Assembly: GCF_000143415.4 (NCBI RefSeq)
Contig: NW_003314272.1
Span: forward strand, 1,088,184 to 1,152,183
Reading direction: 5' to 3'
Origin: Selaginella moellendorffii
Lineage: Eukaryota; Plantae; Lycopodiophyta
Length of the DNA: 64,000 bases
Shown here: piece after piece, positions 47,466 through 58,686 of the stretch
Layout of the letters: each line of letters begins with the position of its first letter
How positions within the stretch are numbered: position 1 is the stretch's first letter
Position numbers and translations under genes: made by a program
Notes under the pieces: generated by a model
The model's input: only the letters and a program-made list of their open reading frames with translations
Told to the model about the DNA's origin: nothing
Database searches by the model: none

Positions 47466-47994
47466 AACAAAAGAAAGGAAATGGAAAAAGTTAAATCTAA
47501 ACAATGCAAAAGCTAGATCTAAACTGAAATCCCAAATCCAAGCACTCCCTAGGGACAATCAAGGTGCCCCTCATCTCCACTAATGTGAGTGCATGGAATA
47601 TGGAAAGGGAATACAGAAATGTGCATATCAATTAGCCCAAAAACCCTAGTTTATATACAGGAGCGAGTGGTCCAGGATTGAAACCAATCCGACGGCTACC
47701 AAAATCCCACTACGCTAATATTAATATATGGCATNNNNNNNNNNNNNNNNNNNNNNNNNNNNNNNNNNNNNNNNNNNNNNNNNNNNNNNNNNNNNNNNNN
47801 NNNNNNNNNNNNNNNNNNNNNNNNNNNNNNNNNNTAACCTTAGAATTTACTTTAACCCCGCACTTATCGATTAAATATTGCATTTGTTTCAGTACAGCAT
47901 ATACTCGTACATAATTATCTACGAATTGATAACTATATTTGGTCTGATTGGCCAGTGAAATAAATTTGTAACTATGTTTTGTATATCTTATAAG

Positions 47995-48196
47995 GATCGT
48001 AAATAATGTTGAAAAAACCAAGATGAATGCTTCCAATTTGAGCATTGTTTGGGGACCAAATCTTATGAAGACAACACTTACGTCTAACATTGCTGCAAAT
48101 ACTGTGTATCAGAATCGTATTGTCGAAAAACTGCTTATTTATCAGAAAGAAATCTTTAAAAAAGTTGCAACGAAAAAACCGATTCGACCAAGATGA
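47995..48196 (+). other. Isolated terminal exon of a metazoan-type RhoGAP (probable foreign sequence)
   Basis: After an AAG acceptor: IVNNVEKTKMNASNLSIVWGPNLMKTTLTSNIAANTVYQNRIVEKLLIYQKEIFKK...*, matching the RhoGAP signature KM...NL.IV[FW]GP.L. Confidence 0.7.
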
Positions 48197-49497
48197 AGGG
48201 AACATTCACTTTCTACATTAATCGCTTGTCAATCTGCAAGAATTATACATTTTTAAGTCCTGACATGGATTATTCGACAATTCGCGTCCTGTATATAAGC
48301 TAGGGTTTTTGGGTTAATGGATATGCACATTTCTGTATTCCCTTTCCATATTCCATGCACTCACATTGGTGGAGATGAGGGGCACCTTTGATTGTCCCTG
48401 AGGAGTGCTTGGATTTGGGATTTTGGTTTAGATCTAACTTTTGCATCGTCTAGATCTAGCTTTTTCCATTTCCTTTCTTTTGTTCTTTCTTTTGGTTTAG
48501 ATCTAGCTTTTTGCGTTGTCTAGATCTACCATTTCCTTCTAGCTTTTTGTCATCTCTCTTCTTTTGCTTTTTCTTTTTCATTCATCTTCATGGCAGATCA
48601 GCAATCTCCTCCTTTGACTTTAGAGCAGCAATTGGTACAATTGCTTGATGCTATGCGCTTGCAATTGAACAACCAAACTCAGTTGATGGCGGCGTTCACG
48701 GCACATGGTACAACTCCTCCTGCTCTTGGTGCTAATCCTCGCGTTCGGCCGGAGTTCTTTCGCGGGAATCCTGGGGATGATGTGTACCATTGGTTCGATC
48801 ACTTCACGGTGATTGCCACATATCATTCTTGGGATGAGGCTCGATGTTTGCGTGAGTTTCCCACGTGTCTCCAAGGGACGGCGTTGCAGTGGTATAATGG
48901 TTTGAGCGCAGCCACTCGTGGGGATTGGAGTGTTCTCCTGGACGTCTTCAAACGCGCCTTCGGACATGCCGATGATTGTGATGATGCTTTCCAACAATTG
49001 CATCGTCTTCGCCAAGGGCCATCTGAGTCGGTGATGCAATTTGGCGTTCGTTTCCGAAGTCTTTTGCTTCGTGCGGAGCCAAATATGTCGGAGCGGATCA
49101 AGCTAGGAATGTTGTGGCCAACACTTCGTCAAGATCTTGTCGGATTTGTGCATGCACTTGCTCCTGCCACCCTTGACGATGCTCTTCACTTGGCACAACC
49201 TTATGAGACGTCGCCTCTTCCACTTCTCGCTGCACGTCCTTCCGCTCCACTTCCTATGGGTGATGGTCCTGTTCCAATGGAGGTTGATGCTGTTGCTGCT
49301 CGAGTTCAAGGACAAGCGCGAGGACGTGGTCGTGGCCGTGATGTTTGCTGCTGGGCGTGTGATGAAGTTGGTCATACTTATCGACGTTGCCGTCATTTTC
49401 CGGATTGGCGACCTCCATTTCCTGGGTGGAGACCTTGGCGTCAGCAACGTCCCATGGGTGCTGCTGCAGTGGAAGGTCTGGACACTGAGATGCATCC

Positions 49498-49560
49498 GGG
49501 AAACGAGGAGTCGCGCGAGTAATGGAGGGACCTTGCACGAATAAATCAGTGACCCCTCCA
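49498..49560 (+). promoter_or_regulatory. Putative -1 programmed ribosomal frameshift signal of element B
   Basis: G_GGA_AAC in the gag frame, 6-nt spacer, then an H-type pseudoknot (S1 49511-19/49532-40; S2 49523-29/49554-60). Confidence 0.8.
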
Positions 49561-52500
49561 TCTTTCTTTCGGGAGTATCATCAAGGGGTTCACTCGGCAC
49601 CAGTTCATCCCGTGTTTACTTTCCAAGCTCGTTTTTATAACAAAAGGTCTCCTATTATTCTCTCCGTGTTGGTTGATACAGGTTCGAGTTTATCTTCTAT
49701 TGCTCGACCTGTTACCACACGTTGTCGTCTACACTTGCGTCGTGCGGCGGAACCAGTTTTCATTCTTTATGGCAACGGCTGTACACATGCATGTGCACGG
49801 GATGAGGTGGACCTGGTTGTGCGTGTGGGCGATCTCGAGCTTGAGTTGCAGTCGTTGCGGGTGGTGCCGAGTCAAGCTTTTGACCTCATTCTTGGTATGG
49901 ATTGGTTGCAGCGCAATCATGCCAAGTGTGACTTTGAGGCTTCTCCCCCTTGTCTCATACTTCCTTATGTTTCATCCATTCCTCTCACTTCCATACCTCT
50001 TCGTCCCTCTACTTCTACCTCTGCTTCCATTACTTTTGTTCCCCCACTCTTTCCTTCTGTGTTTCCATCTTGTTCTATTTTTCCCTTTTCCGATCCCTCC
50101 GACGATCTTTGTGTTGCAGCAGTTGACCGGCTCATGAAGGAGTATTTTGATCTCTTTGAATTTGACCTATCGTCTGGGGCCAAGATTGCCACACGTCATC
50201 TGATTCCAACCGGGGCTGCTCGTCCAATCAAGGTTCCTGTTCGTCGTCGGTCACCTAAGGAGATCAAGATTTTACGAGCCAACGTGAAGGAAATGCTGGA
50301 GAAGGGTGTTATTCGGAAGTCGCAGAGTCCTTGGGCATGTGAACCTCATCTTGTGACGAAGCCTGATGGGAGTATTCGTTTCTGCATCGACTATCGTCCG
50401 TTAAACGAAGTGACGATCCCAGATGTGTATCCTCTTCCTCACACTGCTGATCTCTTAGATCGTTTGGGGCGAAGTCGTTGGTTCACCAAGCTAGATCTTG
50501 CTTCTGGGTATTGGCAAGTACCGATGGCCGAAGAACATATTCCTAAGACTGATTTTCGTACACCATTTGGTTTGTACAAGTTCTTGGTGATGCCGTTTGG
50601 TTTGAACAATGCTCCAGCAACTTTCCAGCGGATGATGGACGAGGTTCTTTGCGATATGCCAGAAGTGACTGCTGACTTCATTGATGATGTCTTGATCCAC
50701 TCGGAGGGGACGTGGGAGGAGCACATTCGTGATGTTTGTAAAGTGTTGGATCGGCTACGTGATGTTGGTTTAAAGCTGAAGCGGTCAAAGTGCGTGTTTG
50801 GGTCCAAAGACACAACTTATCTTGGGTACCGTATTTCTCGTGAAGGTTTGCAAGTTGATCCTGACAAACTTGTGGCTGTTCTAAAGTTCCCTACTCCGAA
50901 GTGTGTGAATGATGTGCAGCGCTTCTTGGGTAAGGTGTAGTATCTCGGTCGTTTTGTGGATCATCTTTCCGATCGCACTACACCATTGCGAGCGTTGCTG
51001 AAGTCATCAACGTCATCTTTCATCTAGTCTCCGGATTGTGAGCGGGCGTTCGTGGATCTCAAGGAGCTATTGACGACTCCTCCGGTTTTGGCATATCCTG
51101 ACTACACTCGACCTTTTATTTTGTGCGTGGATGCTTCTGACATTGGTCTTGGCGGTGTGTTGATGCAAAAAAGCTCGAGTGTACCTGGTCAGCGCCATCC
51201 CATTGCATACATCAGCCGTACATTACAACCAGCGGAGATGAACTACTCCACGACGGAGAAGGAGTGTTTAGCAGCAATCTGGGGTTTCGAGAAACTTCAT
51301 GCATATCTACATGGTTCTCAAACGTTACTTGAAGGTGACCATGCTACTGTTACTTCATTATTGAAGCGGAAGAACCTGGTTGGTCGTACGGCTCGGTGGG
51401 CTTTGAAGCTTCAAATATATGATTTCGATGTTGTTCATCGCCCAGGGAGTTCTATGGCTGATGCTGATGCCCTTTCTCGAGCTCCTCTTCCTTCTCCACT
51501 CACTTCTCATGTTTCTGACGAACCTGTTGTTCCAGCATCTGTGGATTTTCTAGATGAGGATTCTGTGCCGTCGGCGGTTGCTGTCCTTGATGTTCAGTGT
51601 CCACAAGGCGCAGAGCAAGATCTACCTTCTCTCGATGAGGTTCGCGAGGCTCAAAAGATTGAGCTGTGGATTCGAAGGCTTCGAGATGGGTTTGAGAATC
51701 CTGCATCACTTGTTGATGACTTGCCTTTCAGGCATTTACATTCTCAATATCGCCTTGAAGATGGCCTTCTTTATTTTGTGGGGACGGATCCTGATGATCA
51801 TTTACGGCTGGTGGTGCCTTTGGTGTTTATTCCGCGGTTTCTCCATGCCTACCATGATTCTCCTATTCTAGGTGGGCATATGGGACACCGTCGTGTCACC
51901 GAGAAATTGCACAGGTCTTTCTATTGGCCGGAGATGCGACGTGATATTATTCGGTATGTGCGTAGCTGCGTTTGGTGCCAAGCTCGTAATACTCCCCCTC
52001 GTGCTACGGAAGGACGGTTGGAGTCAATTGCAGTTTCCCGTCCGTTTGAGTTGGTGGCATTTGATCTTATGGGACCTTTTCCACGGTCGACTGCTGGCAA
52101 TGAGTATGTTATTATTGCTTCTGACTACTTGACTCATTGGGTGGAAGTTTGTGCTCTTGCTAGCGCCTCGGCAACTGCTGTTGGATACTTCCTCCTCAAT
52201 CGAGTAGTGTTCCAGCATTCTTGTCCAGAGCGGATTCTTTCGGATAATGGTCCTGCATTTATGGCTGAGGCATTTCATGTTTTGACGTCTCGGTTGGGGA
52301 TATGCCACACTTTCACGAGTGCTTATCATCCACAATCAGACGGTCTGGTGGAACGACTCGTTCGGACATTCAAAGGGATGATTGCGAAGTATGTGAACTT
52401 TCAGCATTCGGATTGGGATGGTTATTTGCCGTCTCTTCGGTATGCATATGTTACAGGGGTGCAGAGTTCTGTTGGTGCTTCACCATATAAACTCCTATAT

Positions 52501-52578
52501 GGTCATGATCCAATATTACCAACAGAGCTGGGTTTACCTTCGCGATTGCCACGAGCTGCCGATGCTAGATCATGGGAC

Positions 52579-54249
52579 TGTAAGCGACTAAATTTTCCAT
52601 TTTACTTTAGTCACTTAACCACACCTCCGACCATTTGGAGGAGTCTCATTCACAACCTCCATAAGTCCAATTCAGGACTTGGGACTTGCTAGCCCCGAGA
52701 ATGGCATCCATACCACTCAACATTTGCACTTGGTCCAAGTGCTCCACGTGTCCGATCCCACGACCGACACTCAAAGGTACCACCGACATAGCAGCTTGTT
52801 ACGCTAAGGTCATGCCCAATCACCTTTGCCACACTGGTAGTCCAATACCACTTGCATCACAGTCTTGGCTCTCCAAGACTAGGCAAACCATCCGTGAGTG
52901 GTCATCTCAGATCCACTCCTCAGCATCCTTAGGATGCCCACCGACAAGGGGGATAGCCTTCCCCAATATCCCTCTGTCAGTCCCCACTAAGTCCCTTTCT
53001 GCCCCTGGCCGTGTTTGCCAACACTGCCACTGGATCAAGACCCACAGGCCCGACCACTAAGTCCCACGGTCCTCTGGGACTTCCTCACCACACGACTGTG
53101 TCCTTGGTCACTACCCCAGAGGACTGCTCCTCTTCCATTTCCACAGTCTGGGCCTTTGGGGCAACATTTCGGAACACCGTGGCCTTACGCGAGCCACCTG
53201 GGTACTCTCCTCGCCTTCTGCCCTTGGGTGCTCTAGCCATGGGCTTAGAGCGGGTTCCGTTGAGCCACGCCAGGTATCCAAGTAGGTAGTGCCACCCACA
53301 CTTGGACTGGGAGCATCGGCTAGTCGATCTCCCGGGGGAACTAGAGCCGGCTCTTGAACACTTCACCAAGCTACCCCGCTTGTCGGTCCGTATTCACTCT
53401 AGTCTTGGACTTCCCAGTGGGCAGCTCATCACCCAACACTGGGTATGGCCTTCTCGGACCAAACTGGCCCTTCCTGGGCCAAACTGGCCCTTCTTGGCCC
53501 AACTGGCTCCACTGGGCTCCAACCCCCACACTCTCCCTACTATACTTTTGGAACCCCCCGCAGCCCCCCCCCCCCCCCCCCTGGGGGACGATCGCTTTGG
53601 GCTTTCACCCAACTGCCTGTATTAGTATTCGGACTCGGACTCGGGCTCGAACTCAGACTCGGACTCGGTCTCGGTCCTGGTTTCGGACTCGGACTCGGTC
53701 TCGGTCTCGGTCTCGGCCTCGGTCTCGGCCTCGGTCTCGGTTCCATCTCGGACTCCATCTCGGACTCCATCTCGGGTCCATCTCGGACTCCATCTCGGGT
53801 CCATCTCGGGTCCATCTCGGACTCCATCTCGGGTCCATCTCGGACTCCATCTCGGGTCCATCTCAGGTCCATCTCGGACTCCATCTCGGACTCCATCTCA
53901 GACTCCATCTTGGGTCCATCTCAGGTCCATCTCGGACTCCATCTCGGACTCCATATCGGACTCCACTTCGGGTCCATCTCAGACTCCAACTCGGGTCCAT
54001 CTCGAGTCCATCTCGGACACTTCCACGTGTCATGTGTTGGTCCTTTTGGGTCCCTTTTTGGAGCCTCGCTTTTTGCTCGCTTCGTGCTCATTCCTCGAGC
54101 ACTTCATTGGGAGTTCCCCTCCCGCTCTTGACTTTTTAAGTCGGAGCTTTTGGTCTAAACGTGTTACGCTCGTTTGGCTCTCGCTTTGGCCACTACCACG
54201 TGGCGCCCTTCCGGCTCCACTTTGGGGCCTAGGGATTTTGTGTCTCAAA
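52579..54249 (-). mobile_element. Solo LTR D (1671 bp), related to the element C LTR
   Basis: TSD GGGAC at 52574-52578 and 54250-54254; ends ...GCTTACA like the C LTR; shares the hexamer array and G-run core; removing it restores element B integrase (RSWDQYL); no internal domains. Confidence 0.9.
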
Positions 54250-55301
54250 GGGACCAGTATTTGACAAGCATTCTTCCACTTGTCCAAGCAGAGTCTGCCG
54301 AACACTTAGGCCGCGTACAAGTGGGACAACAACGGCGTTACAACTCTCATCATCGTCCACCTGTGGAGTACAAAGTGGATGATTTTGTGTTAGTCCGTTT
54401 TCCCCATCTTACGGTACGTGGTTTATCTAAGGGGCTTCTTGCGCAATGGAAAGGACCGTATCGGGTGTTGCGGCAAATTGAACCACAAGTTTATGAGGTT
54501 CGGCATGACGTTCAGCAGGCCGATCCTCCAGAGATTGTGCATGTGCAGCGGCTAAACGCTTCGTACAAAGGGATCTGGAGGAGTTAATACCACCTACAGA
54601 TCCACCGATGCCTCCTCCTGACGTTCCTCCGGATCCCGGCCCATCTTCAAGAGAACCGTGATGGTCTTCCATTATCCCGAGAGGAGGGGATGATGTGAGG
54701 GCCAAGTGTACGGTTACGATGCCGTATATTAATATTAGCGTAGTGGAATTTTGGTAGCCGTCGGATTGGTTTCAATCCGGACCTCTCGCTCCTGTATATA
54801 AACTAGGGTTTTTGGGTTAATGGATATGCACATTTCTGTATTCCCTTTCCATATTCCATGCATTCACAACATCTAATTAAATATATATTTATGCCTAATA
54901 CAAATATCTTCAATACCAATAAATATTTAACCTATTCTAATTCATATAAAATATATTTTAAAACTTTTTGAATTGGTTTTTATAATCGTGGCCAATCTTG
55001 CCCAACTCAAAAACCTAGAGCTATTACTATACTCCTATATTTCCAACTCAAAGAACACGATGAAGTGGCGTGGATGGCGCTCATCACTGGGTTTGCGCGG
55101 CAGAAAGATTGCAAGAGTGCAAGCTATGGCATGAAGGTTTACACGATGGTTTAAGAGAAACTCTAGTAAAATGTGTTCGCCCAGCTTCAGCGTACCTTTC
55201 TTCTTTATTTCCTCGGCTTGAGACGACTTGGACAAGATCTTAAAGTCGGCAGAGTCCAAAAACTTGCTCAACGCGGCATGTCCATGGAATTCAAGTAATC
55301 G

Positions 55302-57262
55302 CTACTTGTACTCGTTGAGGAGCTCATTACCTGGCCAAAGTGAAAGGGAGCTTGAGTGGGATCCCAGCAACATGGCCACAACGTCACTCATTGTTGGTCG
55401 AGCTTCCTCATGTTCTTGTGTACACAGCATGGCAACACGGAGCAGCCTAGAAACCTCCTCCACCGCGTAGTCACCGCCCAGCCTCTTGTCAATGCATTCG
55501 CTCATCCTGTTTGCCATGACGAGTTTCCAAGACTGCAGCCATGACACCATGGGTTATCGGTTCTAATTTGATCGACTTACCAGTTGAAGTAAGAGCTCTT
55601 CTTCGGCTGGCAATGCCGGATCCACGCACTTTCTGCCGCTGGCGATCTCCAGGACGAGGATTCCATAGCTGAAGACATCGGCTTTGGCCGTCAATCGCCC
55701 TCGAGTTGCATACTCGGGTGCCATGTATCCACTAGAAGAATGGCGTGAGTTTCGTCCAGACTGTGGAAGGAAGAGGAGATCAAACTTACAGTGTGCCGGC
55801 CACCTTTGTGCTCGTGACGCCGAAGCCTTTGTCCAAGTCGAAGAGCTTTGATATCCCAAAGTCGGAGATCTTTGGCTGCAGCTTGTCGTCCAAGAGGATG
55901 TTGCTGGCTTTGATGTCTCTGTGGATAACCTGGACATGGGACTCCTCGTGCAAGTAACCAAGACCACGAGCTATCCCAATGGCGATTTGAAAGCGTGACT
56001 GCCAGTCAAGGAACGCGTTTGATCCAGAACCTGCGGATAAAGCTTCTCGTTAGAAAGAATGGAGAGAAACAAGGATTATTACTGAAGAGTGCTCGGTCAA
56101 GGCTGCCTTTGTTGAGGAACTCGTAGACGAGCAGCCTTTCATCTGCCTCAACGCAATAGCCTTTGAGCCTTACAAGATTTCGGTGCTGAATTCCCGTGAT
56201 AATGGTGATCTCGTTCACGAACTCTCTTTTGCCTTGGTTAGACTGCAAGGAGAGCTTCTTCACTGCTACTTGCGAGCCATTGTTTAAGGTGGCCTACAGG
56301 AAACAGGATAGTTCTAGGCGTGCAACTTCACAGAATAAAGAACTAACCTTGTAAACAGTTCCAAATCCACCTTGTCCAAGCTTGTTCCTCTCGCTGAAGC
56401 TATCAGTGGCTAGAGACAAATCCTGGTACGTGAACACAACAGGACCCTCAATGCTTCCTGTTGTCAACGAAGCAAACCACGTCAAAAACGGGAAGAACAC
56501 TCGAGAGAAAACAACACTTACTTTGGATGTCGGTATCGTCTCCACGCCTGTGGCGCCCAACCAACTTGGTATGCATCCTCCATCTCCATATGGCAAAGCC
56601 AGCAACACCCAAGAGCAAACAAAGCCCCACTGCTCCTCCCACGAGTCCCCATCGCCACACTAGAGCTCTATTGTCTCTAGAAGAGGAACTGGATGCTCGA
56701 GCCGGAGGAGAAGAACTTAACGGAGGTATTGGAGCTGGCGCAGGAGCTGAAACATTTGGACCCAGCACCCCCAATACACCTAAATTTCTCATATGAGATG
56801 CATCCTCCCTTATAGAAACTTACTCATATTGACCAGCTCGGGAGTAAAGTTGTAGTTCTCGAATCTAATGCGGCAGCGATTGGAGGTGTCGTTGGTCCAA
56901 AGCACGCCACCCACGGCAAGAGGAGCCAGTTGCTGGAACTCACTGTAGGTCTGCTGGATGCACGAGGCGCAGCTTGTCTGATCCGACATGTTGTAGCAGC
57001 CAGTGTGGCCGTAAGCGGTGTCGGGGAAATCGCCATAGCCAAGGCATGACGCGAATCCATTGGGAGGATTGTGTTCGTAGAGGAACTGGATGACCGTCTC
57101 CACATTCTTTTGGAACTGGCTCCCTTGGGTGGTCTTGCGGGTGTTGTAATACGCGACACCAGGTCTGGCGTCGCTGCTTGGCTCGTCGGGTGGAATGCCT
57201 TGCGCTGCCGAGCGATCGAGCAAGAACAGGGGGATCATCCATAGCAAGCTCAAGAGCGCCAT
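55302..57262 (-). CDS. Single-DUF26 CRK (copy 4) with a frameshifted extreme C-terminus
   Basis: [11 protein letters not shown] signal peptide, [15 protein letters not shown] and an RD kinase nearly identical to copy 3; a 20-nt deletion after VAMLLG changes the tail. Confidence 0.88.
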
Positions 57263-57746
57263 TGCCGTGCTTCACGCGGCTGAGCCAAAGAGAGTATGTC
57301 AAGTCCAAAGCTGGTCAAGTCACACTCTAGCTGGTCAAAGTCATGCTCTCACATCTTTTCCAGCTTTTTTCCATACTTATAGCTGAGAGTGAGAGAGAGA
57401 GAGAATAAAGAAGCAAAGATTGCAAGGAAGCTCGATTACCTTTAGTTATAAGTACACAGCAAAGTATAAAAATTCCCAGTGTATATCCCGGGTAGCATCA
57501 CAAAAGGTGCCCGAATTTTTTCCCATCTTATAAAAAATATCAGCCTCCTCTCCCTCCACCGCCATAGCCTTTTTCTGCCACTTTGTACACCGAAACCTGT
57601 AATTTTCGTAGTCCTCACGTACACACCATAAACCACACGAGATCATCAGCCAGGCAAAGAGCTCGACGATTACCCCCCAGTTTTTCGCGTCTCGACAATC
57701 ACCGCCGCGTCCCGAGGGGAGCGCTCGAAGCTTTCCCCGGATCCGT

Positions 57747-58256
57747 CTAGACCGCATGGGGAAGGAGCCTCTCGCAGGTCCGAGCCAGCGACTGGAGATT
57801 GCAGCGCACCACCGTGTTGGTGAAAGTGAGCGTGTCCTCCCGGGTGTTCCCGTCCGGGATCTCCACCACGTACGACTCCATCACCAGCGTCCCCGGCCGG
57901 TCCTGGACCAGCGTCTCGTGCAGCGTCGTGATGGACCTGTAGTTCCTGAGCCTGTGGTCGCCATCCAGCACCTTGAAGCTCAGTATGTGCTTGTCCTCGT
58001 CCAGGATCTCCAGCTGCTCCTTGCTCGTCGTCGCCGGGAGCCCCGACACCACCGTGATCTCCCGGGTGCTCCCCACTTTGAGGTCGCCCTGCGTGGAGCA
58101 GCTGCGTATGAATCGCTTGTAGCACTGCGGCTGGTCGAACCGGCGAACCACTGACCAGACCACCTCCACCGGCGCTCGGACCTCCTGCACCAGCACGGAG
58201 CAGCACTCGTTGGAAGCCGGCTCGTGAGTGTGGTGCTCGCCGACAGCCTCCTCCAT
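57747..58256 (-). CDS. PYL: PYR/PYL/RCAR abscisic acid receptor
   Basis: VWSVVRRFDQPQCYKRFI, gate loop SGLPA, latch HRL.NY and ESYVVEIPDGNT. The frame stays open upstream to 58385, so the true start may lie further 5'. Confidence 0.95.
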   Translation of the reverse strand: MEEAVGEHHTHEPASNECCSVLVQEVRAPVEVVWSVVRRFDQPQCYKRFIRSCSTQGDLKVGSTREITVVSGLPATTSKEQLEILDEDKHILSFKVLDGDHRLRNYRSITTLHETLVQDRPGTLVMESYVVEIPDGNTREDTLTFTNTVVRCNLQSLARTCERLLPHAV

Positions 58257-58686
58257 TCTAGCGCTCTCCCGCTCCAACTCTTCTATCCATTCTCCTGTAG
58301 AGGGCGCAACAGTTTCCTGCCAGCGGAGGAAATCAAGCGCGCGCGCGCGCCCCTTGCTTGTCAGGCCCCGCAATTCACAATGCAAAACAAGGAATCGATC
58401 ACACAGGAATGGATCTTTTCACTCTTTTCTAGCCACCGCCCTAGCAAGCAGCTACCAGCAAGCAGCAATGGCATGAAATTCTGGCAATGCGCTGCTTACC
58501 TTGCACATACCAGCTGCTGGAGAAGATCCTAGCGACGAAATTGCGCGGCCAGCAGTGACTTTCACTCCCGCGAGATCATGTCAGAGCCAAAAGCCCTAGA
58601 TAGCAAATCCACCGACCATATCTATCTGGGAATATGCCGCGGGCATCTCCTTGTCCGTACGATGCGCATTAGGGCGAGCGCGGGCG

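Larger units (their letters stand above)
34288..47734 (-). mobile_element. Ty3/gypsy element A (non-chromovirus, degenerate), interrupted in gag by element C
   Basis: 175-bp 3' LTR at 34288-34462 (TGTGA...TCACA); 5' LTR from 47584 running into the N gap; gag ATG at 47285; PR-RT-RH-INT (GPY motif, no chromodomain) at 34495-37946 with stops and frameshifts. Confidence 0.93.
48287..54868 (+). mobile_element. Ty3/gypsy element B (same family as A), interrupted by solo LTR D
   Basis: 5'-truncated 5' LTR about 48287-48365; PBS TGGTGGAGATGAGGGG (tRNA-Ala-like); gag 48590-49522; pol in the -1 frame with two premature TAGs (50938, 51025); PPT GAGAGGAGGGGA; 3' LTR 54694-54868. Confidence 0.94.

Noticed and set aside
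49520-49524. TAATG stop-start overlap suggesting termination-reinitiation for pol
   Set aside because: Present in both copies, but these bases form loop 1 and stem 2 of the pseudoknot, and a correctly phased slippery site lies upstream. A -1 frameshift is the simpler explanation, although reinitiation is not excluded.
53627-54020. Repeat array superficially like a CRISPR array
   Set aside because: 6- and 12-nt tandem units without unique spacers, no cas genes, eukaryotic LTR context.
34288-54868. Elements A and B as one giant palindrome or composite element
   Set aside because: The copies are clearly diverged, their outer flanks (GTAAT, ACATC) are not a TSD, and the centre contains a gap plus foreign-looking sequence, so the adjacency itself is unverified.
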